Made by a program: the position numbers and the translations under genes. Shown in pieces: positions 35,866 through 49,676 of a stretch of DNA of 64,000 nucleotides (its first letter is position 1; each line of letters begins with the position of its first letter). Source of the stretch: Squalus acanthias (lineage: Eukaryota); assembly GCA_030390025.1 (NCBI GenBank), contig CM059425.1, positions 173,788,001-173,852,000 on the forward strand, written 5' to 3'. Under the pieces are notes generated by a model. The model saw only the letters and a list, made by a program, of their open reading frames with translations, was not told the DNA's origin and searched no databases.

Positions 35866-36614
35866 CATCTTCCTTTCTGCTATGTATGACTCCAACCTGT
35901 GGAGAGTTTTCCCCCTGATTCCCATTGACTTCAATTTTACTCAGGCTCCTTGATGCCACACTCGGTCAAATGCTGCCTTGATGTCAACTGCAGTCATTCT
36001 CACCTCACGTCTGGAATTCGCTCTTTTGTCCATGTTTGGACCAAGGCTGTAATGAGGTCTGGAGCCGTGTAGCCCTGGCGGATCCCAAACTGAGCATTGT
36101 TGAGCAGGAATTGGTAAGTATGTGCCGCTTAATAGCACTATCGACAAAACCTTCCATCACTTTGCTGATGATTGGGAGTAGGGATTGAGATGGGGCGATA
36201 ATTGGCAGGATTGGATTTGCCCTTTTTGTGAACAGGACATACCTGGGCAATTTTCCACTTTGTTGGGTAGGTGCCAGTGTTGTAGCTGTACTGGAACAAC
36301 TTGGCTAGAGGCACAGCTAGTTCTGGAGCATAAGTCTTCAGCAGTATAGCTGGGATGTTGTCAGGACCCATAGCCTTTGCTGTATCCAGTGCGCTCAGCC
36401 ATTTCTTGATATCACGTGGAGTGAATCGAATTGGCTGAAGACTGGCTTCTGTGATGATGGGGACCTCACGAGGAGGCCGAGGTGGATCATCCACTTGGCA
36501 CTTCTGGCTGAAAATGGCTGCAAACGCTTCAGCCTTGTCTTTTGCACTCACTTGATGGGCTCTACCATCATTGAGGATGGGGATGTTCATGGAGCCTCCT
36601 CCTCCATTAGTTGC

Positions 36615-37592
36615 TTAATTTACATTAACGATTTAGACATAGGATTTAAAAACACAATTTCTAAATTTACGGATGACACCAAATTGGGGGGGGGGTGGGA
36701 TACTCAATACAGAGGAGGACTGCAACAAGTTACAGGAGGACATTAATAAACTTGCAGAGTGGGCATATAATTGGCAAATGAAGTTCAACACAGATAAATG
36801 TGAGGTATTACATTTTGGTAGGAAGAATAGGAAGGTCACTTATCACTTGGAGGGTGTGAGTCTAGGTGGGGTACAGGAACAAAGGGATCTAGGAGTACAA
36901 ATACACAAATCACTGAAAGTTGCGACACAGGCCATAAAAAAAGCAAACCAAGAACTAGGGTTTATTTCTAGAGGTATAGAATTGAAAAGTAGGGAAGTTA
37001 TGCTAAACCTGTATCGAACCTTGGTTAGACCACACTTAAAAGTACTGCGAACAGTTCTGGTCGCCATATTATAAAAAGGATATAGAGGCACTGGAGAGGG
37101 TGCAGAGAAGATTTACAAGGATGATACCAGAAATGCGAGGGTATACATATCAGGAAAGGATGAACAGGCTGGGTCTCTTTTCTCTTGAAAAAAGAAGACT
37201 GAGTGTGACCTAATAGAGGTCTTTAAAATTATGAAAAATTTTGATAACGTGGATACAGAGAGGAATGTTTCCACTTGTGGGGAAGAGCAAATCTAGAGGC
37301 CATCAATATAAGATAGTCACCAAGAAATCCAATAGGGAATTCAGAAGAAACTTCTTTACCCAAAGAGTGGTGAGAACGTGCAGCTCGCTACCACAGGGAG
37401 TGGTTGAAGCGAAAAGTATAGATGCATTTAAGGGGAGGCTAGACAAGCATATGAGGGAGAAGGGAATAGAGGGTTATGCTGATAGATTTAGATGAGGAAA
37501 GACGGGAGGAATCTCGTGTGGAGCATAAACGCCGGCATGGACTGATTGGCCGAATGGCATGTTTCTGTGCCGTATATCCTATGTAATCCTAT
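36615..37592 (+). mobile_element. 5'-truncated CR1 nested in the LINE
   Basis: YINDLD..KFTDDTK through to a 3' tail (ATCCTATGTA)n. Confidence 0.85.
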
Positions 37593-39599
37593 GTCCACCA
37601 CCATTCATGACTGGATGTGACCGTACTGCAGAGCTTTGACCTGACCCGTTGGTTGTGGATCGCTTAGCTCTGTCTATAGCGTGCTGTTTCCATTGTTTAG
37701 CATGTATGTAGTCCTGTGTTGTAGCTTCACCAGGTTGGCACCTCATTTTTAGGTACGCCTGGTGCTGCTCCTGGCATGGTCTTCTACACTCCTCATTGAA
37801 CCAGGGTTTGTCCCCTGGCTTGATGGTAATGGTAGAGTGAGGGATATGCCGGGCCATGAGGTTACAGATTGTGGTGGAATACAATTCTGCTGCTGCTGAT
37901 GACCCACAGCGCCTCATGGATGCCCAGTTTTGAGCTGCTAGATCTGTTCTGAATCTATCTCATTTAGCAGGGTGGTAGTGCCACACAACATGATGGAGGA
38001 TATCCTCAGTGTGAAGACGGGACTTCGTCTTGGTGATGGACATTAAAGTCCCCCACCCAGAGTATGTTCTGTGCCCTTGCTACTCTCAGTGCTTCATGCA
38101 AATGGTGTTCAACATGGAGGAGTACTGATTCATCAGCTGAGGGAGGGTGGTAGGTGGTAATCAGCAAGAGGTTTCCTTGCCCATGTTGGACCTGATGCCA
38201 TGAGACTTAATGGGTTCCGGAATCAATGTTGAGGACTCCCAGGGCCACTCCCTCCCGACTGTATACCACTGTGTCGTCATCTCTGGTGGGTCTGTCCTGC
38301 CAGTGAGACAGGACATACCCAGGGTTGGTGATGGAGGAGACTGGGACTTTGGCTGAAAGGTATGGCTCTGTGAATATGATTATGACAGGCTGTTGGTTGA
38401 CTAGCCTGTGGGACAGCTCTCCTAATTTTGGCACAAGTCCCCAGAGGTTAATGAGGATGACTTTGCAGGGTCGGGTGAGTTGGGTGTGCCTTTGCCATCT
38501 CCGAATCCGGTGCCTAGGTCGATGCCGGGTGGGCCGTCCATTTTATTCTAGCGGTTTAATACAACTGAGTGACTTGCTAGGCCATTTCAGAAGGTAGTTA
38601 ATAGTCAACCACATTGCTGTGGTCTGGAGTCACCTATATGTCAGACCGGGTAAGGGCGGCAGATTTCCTTCAAGGACATTGGTGAACCAGATGGGTTTTT
38701 ATGACAATCCGGATTTCAGATTTATTATTCCAGATTTATTGTAAATTTAAATTCCACTTCTGCCATGGTGGGATTTCAGGCTTCTGGATTACTCGTCCAG
38801 TAACATAACCACTATGCTACCGTTCCCTATGTTTGTAAATGAGAAAAGATTGTAGGGTGAGGGGGAAGTGGGATGTGAGAAGGAGGATTACGTATGAGGA
38901 TACCTTGTATTGTTTCAGCCTCACCGCTGGCCACAGGCTCAGCGTTGTCCCTCCCAGTAATGGCCAGCACTGTCTCCTCCATCGGGGTCAGGGTATGCAG
39001 GCGTGCCTGTCCCCCTGTTGGTTAGGTCTGGCTCCCTCTGGTTGTGAGCCAGCTTGTCCTGCAAGAGAAAGGGAAGTATGTCAGTATGTCAATGTGTTTG
39101 GATGATATGACAGTGTGTGCAAGCTGTGAGATATGTGTGTGAGGCTTGCAGCAGTGCTAAGTGTGCGAGGGTGAGGTGAAGCTATGAATGAAAGGTATCA
39201 GTCGTGTTTGGTAGAGATTGTCGGTAGCACATAAACCGCCCGTTGACTAAAATGGAAAAGAAAATCCACTATGGCGGGTGAGGCCCGCACTCTTTAAATG
39301 CCGCCATATTGGTAAAGGTAGAAAAAGAGGCGTCCAGGGCTCCTGCCTGAAACAGGCATTAGTCCCTTTCAATATGCAAATAAGGACCCAACTCCGGTTT
39401 GAGGCTTCCTTTGTAAAATTGGGCTGCCTTGCCTGCAACAGCCCAAAATTTAAATCCTCTTCACCGGTGAGCTGCCTGGCAACACCTAGCAGGCGTCTGC
39501 AGCATGCTGACCTCATGTAAATGAGGCCCAAGGCCCAATATGGTGACCCTTGAGCCAACCTGTTCCGGTGCAGCGATTGGATCCTGGGGTCTACTTTGA

Positions 39600-40220
39600 C
39601 TTTTGTTACAGTAAAGGAGGAGTGGGTAGAGAAATTGGATAGGATAAAAATAGTTAAGAGGAGGTATGGTTGGCAGTGCTCAAAGTAGAAAAGTCACCTG
39701 GTTCAGATGGGATGCATTCTAGGTTGCTGATGGAAGTAATGGTGGAAATTGCAGAGGCTTTGGCCTCAATCTTTCAATCCTCCTTGGATGTGGGAGTGGT
39801 ACCAGAGGATTGTAGGGTTGCAAATCTTTCAATCCTGTTCAAAAAAGGGGAGAGAATCAAACCAAGTCACTATCGGCCAGTCAGCCTAAAGAGACCATAC
39901 TCCGGAACAAAATTAGTTGTCAATTGGAAGAACATGGGTTAATAAATGACAGCCAACACTAATTTGTTAAAGGCAAATCATGTCTGACAAACTTGATTGA
40001 ATTCTTCAATTAAATAACAGGTCATGCGGTTGATATGTATGTGGACTTTCAAAAGACATTTGATAAAGTCTCACATATTGGATTTGTTAGCAAAATTGAA
40101 ACCCATGGGATTAAGGGGATATAAAATTGGCTGCAAGATGGAAAGCAGAGAATATGGGTGAATGGTTGTTTTCAGACTGGATGGAAGTTTACAGTCAGTA
40201 TTAGGACCACTGCTATTTTT
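39600..40220 (+). mobile_element. Old CR1 RT fragment
   Basis: KSPGSDGMH and YRPVSL. Confidence 0.75.
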
Positions 40221-40588
40221 GATATCGCTGCAGGAGTTCCTCAGAGCAGTGTCCTAGGCCCAACCATCTTCAACTGCTTCATCAATGACCTTCCCTCCAT
40301 CATAAGGTCAGAAGTAGGGTTATTCGCTGATGATTGCACAGTGTTCAGTTCCATTCGCAACTCTCCAGATAATGAAGTCCATGCCCGCATGCAACAAGAC
40401 CTGGACAACATTCAGGCTTGGGCTGATAAGTGGCAGGTAACATTCGCGCCACACAAGTGCCAGGCAATGACTATCTTCAACAAGAGAGAGTCTAACCACT
40501 GCCCCTTGACATTCTACAGCATTACCATCGCCGAATCCTCCACCATCAACATCCTGGGGGGGGGGGGGGGGGGGCGGTCACCATTGAT
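40221..40588 (+). mobile_element. RT fragment of the 34965-type LINE family
   Basis: DIAAGVPQSSVLGPTIF..LFADD. Confidence 0.75.
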
Positions 40589-40589
40589 T

Positions 40590-42926
40590 GGTGTGGGAGA
40601 AGTGGGTTTCGATTCGTGGGGCACTGGCACCAGTACTGGGGAAAGAGAGAGCTGTTCCGTTGGGACGGACTACACCTGAACCATGCTGGGACCAGAGTTC
40701 TAGCGAATCGAATAACTAGGGAGGTAGATAGGGCTTTAAACTAAATAAGGGGGGGGAGGGTCCCGGTGGAGAGAAATCTAGAATGCTAAAGAGAAAAGAC
40801 AAGGAAGCAGTGCAGGAAAGTGATGGGGTAAGGATAACCAGATTGCGTCAGGAAGGGACAGAGCATACAAACAAAGGAGTGCACTAACAATTGGTAATAA
40901 GACAAATAGGGCCATAATACAAAAAAATGTTAAGATGTCTAAAAATAAAAAATAAACAAATCTAAAGGCACTGTATCTGAATGCACGAAGCATTCGTAAT
41001 AAGGTAGACGAATTAACAGCACAAATAGATCTAAACGGATACGATATAATTGCGATTACAGAGATATGGCGGCAGGGTGACCAAGGCTGGGAGCTAAATA
41101 TCCAAGGATATTCGATATTTAGGAAGGACAGGCGATAAGGGAAAGGAGGTGGGGTGGCCTTGTTAGTAAAGGATGAAATCAGAGCAATAGTGAGAAAGGA
41201 TATTGGCTCAGAAAATCAAGATGTAGAATCAGTCTGGGTGGAGCTAAGAAGCACCAAGGGGCAGAAAACATTGGTGGGAGTTGTTTATAGGCCTCCCAAC
41301 AGTAGTGGTAATGTAGGGGATGGCATCAAACAGGAAATTAGAGATGCATGTAACAAGGGTACTACAGTAATCATAGGTGACTTTAATCTACAAGTATGTA
41401 ATGGCTGCATTGGTTGTCATCTTCCAAAATTCTATAGATTATGGAACAGTTCCTGCAGATTAGAGGGTGGCAAATGTAACCCCACTATTTAAAAAAGGAG
41501 GGAGAGAGAAAACAGAGAACTACAGACCGGTTAGCCTAACATCAGTCATAGGGAAAATGCTAGAGTCTATTATAAAGGATGTGATAACAGGACACTTAGA
41601 AAATATCAACGGGATTAGACAAAGTCACCATGGATTTATGAAAGGGAAATCGTGTTTGACAAACCTACTGGAGTTTTTTGAGGATGTAACTGGTAGAATA
41701 GATAAGGGAGAACCAGTGGATGTGGTGTATTTGGATTTTCAGAAGGCCTTTGATAAAGTCCCACATAAGAGGTTAGTGTGCAAAATTAAAGCACATGGGA
41801 TTGGGGTAATATACTGGCATGGATTGAAAATTGCTTAACAGACAGGAAACAGACAGTAGGAATAAATGGGTCTTTTTTGGGGTGGCAGGCGGTGACTAGT
41901 GGGGTACCGTAGGGATCAGTGCTTGGGCCCCAGCTATTCACAATATATCAATGATTTGGATGAGGGAACCAAATGTAATATTTCCAAGTTTGCTGATGAC
42001 ACGAAACTAGGTGGGATTGTGAGTTGTGAGGAGGGTGCAAAGAGGCTTCAAGGCGATTTAGACAAGTTGAGTGAGTGGGCAAATACATGGCAGATGCAGT
42101 ATAACGTGGATAAATGTGAAGTTATCCACTTCGGTAGGAAAAACAGAAAGGTAGGGTATTATTTAAATGGTGATAGATTGGGAAATGCTGATGTACAAAG
42201 GGACCTGGGTGTCCTTGTACACCAGTCACTGAAAGCAAACATGCAGGTGCAGCAAGCAGTTAGGAAGGCAAATGGTATGTTGGCCTTCATTGCAAGAGGA
42301 TTTGAGTATAGGAGCAAGGATGTCTTACTACAGTTATACAGGGCCTTGGTGAGACCACACCTGGAGTACTGTGTGCAGTTTTGGTCTCCTTACCTAAAAA
42401 AGGATATACTTGCCATAGAGAGAGTGCAGCGAAGGTTCACCAGACTGATTCCTGGGATGGCAGGACTGTCGTATGAGGAGAGATTGGGTCGACTAGGCCT
42501 GTATTCACTAGAGTTTAGAAGAATGAGAGGGGATCTCATTGAAATGTATAAAATTCTGACAGGGCTAGACAGACTGGATGCAGGGAGGATGTTTCCCCTG
42601 GCTGCGGGAGGGGGGTCTAGAATGAGGCGTCACAGTCTCAGGATACGGGGTAGGACATTTAGGACTGAGATGAGGAGAAATTTCTTCACTCAGAGGGTGG
42701 TGAACCTGTGGAATTCTCTACCACTGAAGGCTGTGGAGGCCAAGTCACTGAATATATTTAAGAAGGAGATAGATAGATAGATATCTAGACACAAAAGGCA
42801 TCAAGGGGTATGGGGAGAGAGCGGGAATATGGTATTGAGATAGAGGATCAGCCATGATCATATTGAATGGCGGAGCAGGCTCGAAGGGCCAAATGGCCTA
42901 CTCCTGCTCCTATTTTTCTATGTTTC
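40590..42926 (+). mobile_element. CR1 LINE with an internal deletion at ~41395
   Basis: APE (YLNARSI, YRPP, GDFN) is joined directly to RT. 3' tail present. Confidence 0.9.
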
Positions 42927-43004
42927 ACATTTTTACACTAAAATATAACCTTACCATAATAAATTGTGCATACTCCTTTTTTAAACTAAATCTCAACTTC
43001 TATC

Positions 43005-43442
43005 TATTCATTCCTATGCTCGCTGACCTACATTGGTGCCCGGTCCAGCAACACCTCAATTTTAAAATTCTCATCCTTGTTTTCAAATCCCTCCATGACC
43101 TCACCCCTCCCCATCTTTATAACCTCCTCCAGCCCTACAACTCTCCGAGATCTCTGCGTTCCTCCAATTCTGGCCTTTTGCGCATCCCCGATTTTCATCA
43201 CTCCTCCACTGGTGGCCATGCCTTGAGTTACCTAGGCCCTTAGCTCTGAAGTTCCCTCACTAAATCTTTCCACCTCTCTCTCTCCTCCTTTAAGACACTC
43301 CTTAAAACCTACCTCTTTGACCAAGCTTTTGGTCACCTGTTCTAATATCTCCTCATGTGGCTCAATGTCAAATTTTGTTTGATAATGTTCTTGTGTTGTT
43401 TTACTACATTAAAGGCACTATATAAATGCAAGTTGTTGTTGT
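43005..43442 (+). mobile_element. L2 LINE 3' fragment
   Basis: LADLHWCPVQQHLNFKILIL and the tail CTATATAAATGCAAGTTGTTG. Confidence 0.8.
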
Positions 43443-43920
43443 ACTGCTTGATACAAAACTCAATAGTATTTGTGTAAAGCGTAATGTAAATTTTCTTACA
43501 TCCATGTGGAAAAGCATACGGCTACTCGTCAGATCTAGAGGGTCTGAGGTCTATTTACAAGTATCTACACAACCATGGGTGATTTTCTAAATACAATGGC
43601 AAATATCTATGATGCAGTGTAGAAAGGATGAATGCAAATATATTGAAAAGTCTGATCTGGAGGGTCTGTATTAGCGTAGGGAGGCTGAATTATTACCAAT
43701 TTCTCACCAGCCTTTGTAATAGTATATAGTAGTGTAAACTACACCAACATGATATTATCTCTTAAATAAATTTAACATACTTGGAATAGAGTATAAGACT
43801 TATTATTGTGTTATCAAGTCAAACCAGAAGTGGTTTGAATGTCTTTGATGAGATTAATTAGATCTGTCGACATATCCTTTTACACTACATCTTGAATAAA
43901 ATGTGATTCTGCTTATTAGC

Positions 43921-46900
43921 TCTATAAGAACATAAGAACATAAGAAATAGGAGCAGGAGTAGACCAATCGGCCCCTCGAGCCTGCTCCGCCATTCAATGA
44001 GATCATGGCTGATCTGATCCAACCTCAACTCTAAAGAACACAAGAAGTAGGAGCAGGACCAGGCCACTCGGCCCCTGGGCCCGCTCCGCCACCCACAGGG
44101 CCTTGACCGATCTGAACTCAAACTCATGTCCAATTTCCAGCCCGCTCCCCGTAACCCCTGATTCCCTTTACTTCTAGGAAACGGTCTATTTCTGTTTTAA
44201 ATTTATTTAATGAAGTAGCTTCCACAGCTTCCTGGGGTAGCAAATTCCACAGACCCACTACCCTCTGAGTGAAAAAGTTTCTACTCATCTCAGTTTTGAA
44301 AGAGCAGCCCCTTATTCTAAGATTATGTCCCCTAGTTCTAGTTTCACCCATCATTGGGAACATCCTCACCGCGTCCACCCGATCAAGCCCCTTCACAATC
44401 TTATATGTTTCAATAAGATTGCCTCTCATTCTTCTGAACTCCAATGAGTAGAGTCCCAATCTACTCAACCTCTCCTCGTATGTCCACCCCCTCATCCCCG
44501 GAATTAACCGAGTGAACCTTCTTTGTACTGCCTCGAGAGCAAGTATGTCTTCTTAAGTATGGACACCAAAACTGTATGCAGTACTCCAGGTGCGGTCTCA
44601 CCAATACCCTATACAACTGCAGCAATACCTCCCTGTTTTTATATTCTATCCCCCTAGCAATAAAAGCCAACATTCCATTGGCTTTCTTGATCACCTGCTG
44701 CACCTGCATACTAACTTTTTGATTTTCTTGCACCAAGACCCCCAGATCCCTTTGTACTGCAGTACTTTCCAGTTTCTCGCCATTAAGATAATAACTTGCT
44801 CTCTGATTTTTCCTGCCAAAGTGCATAACCTCACATTTTCCAATATTGTATTGCATCTGCCAAATCTCTGCCCACTCACCCAGCCTGTCTATATCCCCCT
44901 GTAGGTTTTTTATGTCCTCCTCACTCTCTACTTTCCCTCCCATCTTTGTATCATCTGCAAACTTTGATATGTTACACTCGGTCCCCTCCTCCAAATCGTT
45001 AATATAGATTGTAAAGAGTTGGGGACCCAGCACCGACCCCTGCGGAACACCACTGGCTACTGGTTGCCAGTCCGAGAATGAACCATTTATCCCAACTCTC
45101 TGCTTCCTGTTAGATAACCAATCCTCCACCCATGCCAGAATATTACCCCCAATCCAGTGATTTTTTATCTTGAGTAATAATCTTTTATGTGGCACCTTGT
45201 CGAATGCCTTCTGGAAGTCTAAATACACTACATCCACCGGTTCCCCTTTATCCACCCTGTACGTTATGTCCTCAAAGAACTCGAGCAAATTTGTCAGACA
45301 TGACTTCCCCTTCATAAAGCCATGCTGACTTTGTCCTATTAAATTATGTTTATCTAAATGTTCCGTTACTGTCTCCTTAATAATAGACTCCAAAATTTTA
45401 CCCACCACAGATGTTAGGCTAACTGGTCTATAATTTCCAGCCTTCTGCCTACAACCCTTTTTAAATAAGGGTGTTACATTAGCAGTTTTCCAATCTGCCG
45501 GGACCTTTGCTGAGTTCAGGAAGTTTTGGAAAATTATTACCAAAGCATCCAAAATTCCTACTGCCACTTCCCTCAAGACCCTAGGATGTAAGCCATCAGG
45601 TCAGGGGATTTATCCGCCTTGAGTCCCATTATTTTACTGAGTACCAATTCCTTAGTGATTTTAATCGTATTTAGCTCCTCCCCCACTAGAGCCCCCTGTT
45701 TGTCCAGTGTTGGGATAATTTTAGTGTCCTCTACCGTAAAGACAAACAAAATATTTGTTCAGCATTTTTGCCATCTCCATGTTTCCCACCATTAATTTCC
45801 CGGTCTCATCCTCTAAGGGACCTACGTTTGCCTTAACCACCCTTTTTCTTTTTATATAACTATAGAAACTCTTGCTATCTGTTTTTATATTTTTTGCTAA
45901 TTTATTTTCATAGTCTATTTTCCCTTTCTTAATCAATCCTTTAGTTACTTTTTGTTGTCTTTTGAAGACTTCCCAATCTTCTATCCTCCCACTAACTTTG
46001 GCTACCTTATATGTCCTTGTTTTTAGTTGGATACTTTCTTTAATTTCTTTACTTAGCCATGGATGGCTGTCATTTCTTTTACACTCTTTTTTCCTCAGTG
46101 GAATATATTTATTTTGAAAGTTGTAAAATAACTCCTTGAATGAACACCACTGCTCATGTACCGTCTTACCCTTTAATCTATTTTCCCAGTCCACTTTAAT
46201 CAATTCTGCTCTCATGCCATCATAGTCTCCTTTATTCAAGCTCAGTATGCTTGTTTGAGAACCAACCTTCTCACCCTCTAATTGGATATGGAATTCAACC
46301 ATGTTATGGTCACTCATTCCAAGGGGATCCTTAACTAGGACATTATTAATTAATCCAGACTCATTACACAGTACCAGGTCCAAGGTTGCTTGCCCCCTTG
46401 TAGGATCAGTTACATACTGCTCAAGAAATCCATCCCTAAGATACTCAATAAACTCTTCCTCAAGGCTGCCCTGCCCAATTTGATTTGTCCAGTTAATATG
46501 ATAGTTAAAATCCCCCGTAATTATAGCTGTTCCCTTATTACATGCCCCAACTATTTCCTGATTAATACTTCTTCCAACAGAGTTGCAACTATTAGGAGGC
46601 CTATATACTACGCCCACCAGTGTTTTTTCCCCTTATTATTCCTTATCTCTACCCAAACTGTTTCATTATCCTGATCTTTTGACCCAATATCATTTCTCTG
46701 TATTACAGTGATTTCTTCCTTTATTAACATAGCCACCCCCCTCCCCTTCCTTCCTGCCTGTCCTTCCTGATTGTTAAATACCCTGGCATATTTAATTCCC
46801 AGACGTTGTCACCCTGCAGCCATGTTTCTGTAATGGCCACAAGATCATACCCATACATAGTTATTTGTGCCGTTAACTCGTCAATTTTGTTACGAATGCT

Positions 46901-47115
46901 ACGTGCATTCAGATAAAGAACTTTCAAATGTGTTTTGCGACACTTACTTCCTGCTTTTTCCTTATTTAACACTTTACCTTTTACTCCATACCTTCTGTCC
47001 CTTCCTGACATGCTTTCCTCTGTTTCCCTGCTCAGGTTCCCAACCCCCTGCCACATTAGTTTAAATCCTCCCCAACAGCACTAGCAAACACTCCCCCTAG
47101 GACAGCGGTCCCGGC
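43921..47115 (-). mobile_element. CR1 LINE, near-complete ORF2 with frameshifts
   Basis: APE and RT motifs across ORFs 46724-47056, 45721-46617, 44461-45576 and 44124-44495. Confidence 0.92.
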
Positions 47116-47128
47116 TATGTACAATAAT

Positions 47129-47892
47129 GGCCCAGAAATTGGAGTTCGATGGTTGCCGCGGGGGTAAGGATCCCCCGCGATATCGCACTCCGCGCCTACC
47201 TTTATGGTTTTGGCCCACACGAACTTCAGTTCCTGGGCCTCTCCCTGGTGCCGGCGCGCAGTGTGTGCGTGTCCCAGAGGCGCAGTTAGTGCGATGCGAC
47301 CTCTGGGATCACGTGGGCCAGTTAGAGCCAATGGCAGCACACCATCTTTCATTCATAGTTTTGACAGCAAGAGCTGTCAAAGCTATGAATACAACTTGCC
47401 CCCAAAAGAACAGCTAAACCTCAATTAAATTAAAAAAAAACCATCACATTAATAAAATAACTATAGTTAAATAAATTAACCACTTTAAACAAAAATTTAA
47501 ATTTTTTGAATTTTTTTAATTCTTTTTAAAAGTTATAAAAATAAACTTACCTTTCTTTAAAGTCTCTAAAAAAGATAAACCTGTTGAAATTTTTTTTAAA
47601 TAATACTTAATTAACTACTTACCTTGTTAAAAGGGGGTCTTACACCTGCTTTCTTTATGTGTAAAATCTTCAAATCTTACCTGCGCGTTCAAACCTGAAA
47701 AAAAAACTAAGTGCGCTGCATGCGCACAACCTGTAGCGCGCACGCGGTTCACTTAGGAACCGCCCCCTTCGCAATACCCGAAGTGCCTGTTTCCTGCGCA
47801 TGCGCAGTGCATGCAGGAAACCGGCACTTCAGGACCTAATACGCGAGAGTACACAGTGCATACTCTCCCGCATTAGGTCTAATTTTCGGGCC
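47129..47892. mobile_element. Harbinger-type MITE (764 bp)
   Basis: TIRs GGCCCAGAAATT / AATTTTCGGGCC, flanks AAT/ATT. Confidence 0.65.
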
Positions 47893-48249
47893 ATTGTAAC
47901 ACCAATGCACTGTAATTAAGATGGGAGCCAGCTTTTAAATAGTATCTGTGAGGTTATCATAGTCGTCATAATTTTTCTTTCATGCTGCAACCTCTTATTT
48001 TGTTAGCCTGTACACTGTAGTTAACACAGTACTATAATGGGGACCAAAGGAAGCTGCAAGGAGATATTGATAAGATGGTGCAATGGGCAAAAAGTAGTAG
48101 ATGGAATTCAATGTCAGTAAATTAGAAATGGTATATTTTGGTAAAAAAAAAGTTATAATTATACTTTGAATGCAGGAAAGCTGGGGGATATGGAACAGCA
48201 GAGGGATTCATAGAATCATAGAAATTTACGGCACAGAAGGAGGCCATTC

Positions 48250-49676
48250 GTTAAGGAGGGATATACTTGCATTGGAGGCAGTTCAGAGAAGGTTCACTAG
48301 GTTGATTCCTGGGATGGAAGGGTTGTCTTATGAGGAAAGGTTGAGCAGGTTGGGTCTATACTCATTGGAGTTTAGAAGAATGAGAGATGATCTTATTGAA
48401 ACATATAGGGGGGAAAATTCAGTTGGTTGCGCCTCCCGTTAGCGCCTTAAGAGGGCGCTAATGGGGCGCTAAGCAGCTAGCGCCCGGGCGCGGTGAAGTT
48501 TGTGCCGCTCGCGAAATTAACGAGACATTTTGCGGCGGCGCTAAACACTACCGCCACGATCTCCTGCGCCGGCAGATCGTGACGTCAGACGAGTGTGCAA
48601 CGCCCCGGTATCGCCCCGGAGCGGATATTGAGTGGCGCCCCCTGCCTTACCGCCTGACGCTAGCAACGACAGGTTGATAGGAGCGTTCTTCTGTCATGAA
48701 GGGAAAGGGGAGAGCGCTATTTAAAGGCGACCGCTTCCTGCCTTTTATTGTTGGTGCCATTTTTGAACTACGCATTCTGAGAGAGAGTGAGAGAGACTTC
48801 TGGAGAGATTCAACATTGTGTGAAGGAGTTTTGGGTACTGAGCAGCACTTTGCAGGTTCATTTTGATTTGCCATTCCTTGTATCAATTTAGAAGAGACTG
48901 TGGGGGCTGCACTCTGAGCTCTTTGCCTGGTACTCTCCATTGTTCTTTCCAGCAGATTTGATGTGCAGGTCTCTCCAGGCCGAGATTCAAGGCTGCAATG
49001 AGCAGGATGTGGATGGAAAGCAAGATCAACCATCCCCTTTAAGAACTGGCCCGTGCCATTGTGTGTGTGTTCCATTGCTGACTGACATTACATGAGCTTC
49101 GCCAGCGCTCTGAGTTAGCGCCTCACTCCTCGGCCTTTGCGCCTTAAGACAGGTGTGCAGCGCCTGATTTAGCGCTCCAATCACCTCCCGGGGCGTTAAA
49201 CGTGAAGTTTCCAGTCAGTGGCGTTAATTAGCGCCAGGCGCTAATCTTTGCGCCCGGACGATATTTGCGCCCCAAACGGGGCGCGACTGAATTTTTCCCC
49301 CATAAGATTCTGAGGGGGTTGGACAGGGTAGATGCTGAGAGGATGTTTCTCCTCGTGGGGGAATCTAGAACGAGGGGGCATAGTCTCAGAATAAGGGGTC
49401 GCCCATTTAAGACGGCGATGAGGAGGAATTTCTTCTCTCAGAGGGTCGTGAATCTTTGGAATTCTTTATCCAGAGAGCTGTGGAAGCTGAGTCATTGAAT
49501 AAATTCAAGGCTGAGATAGACAGATTTTTGAGCAACAGGGGGGTCAAGGGTTATGGGGAACAACAGGAAAGTGGAGTTGAGGCCAAAATGGGATCAGCCA
49601 TGATCTCATTAAATGGCGGAGCAGGCTCTAGGGGCTGAATGGCCTGCTCCTGCTCCTATTTCTTATGTTCTTATGT
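48250..49676 (+). mobile_element. CR1 3' fragment split by a MITE
   Basis: LIETY / KILRGLDRVDAE rejoin across 48408-49301. Confidence 0.85.
48408..49301 (+). mobile_element. Complete MITE (894 bp) of the 9099-13494 Harbinger family
   Basis: TIRs GGGGGGAAAATTCAGT / ACTGAATTTTTCCCCC and an ATA TSD. Both ends are homologous to the autonomous copy. Confidence 0.92.

Larger units (their letters stand above)
34965..38830 (-). mobile_element. Degraded non-LTR retrotransposon (CR1/L2-group, distinct from the main CR1 family)
   Basis: KAMGPDNIP, SNPANYRPIS, DIKAAFDRVWH, GVPHGSVLGP and MFADD, with a (TGAA)n-A tail at ~34965. Confidence 0.8.
32911..39230 (-). mobile_element. Harbinger derivative (5216-type family) split by a LINE
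   Basis: Starts GGGCTAGAAATT. Short transposase N-terminal remnant at ~33452 (+), Myb exon 3 at ~33800-34880 (-) and exon 2 at ~38900-39060 (-). The right TIR was not found. Confidence 0.7.

Noticed and set aside
48647..49075. 142-aa ORF shared with 31669-32202
   Set aside because: The similarity reflects MITE copy identity, and only a few codons match the Myb N-terminus.
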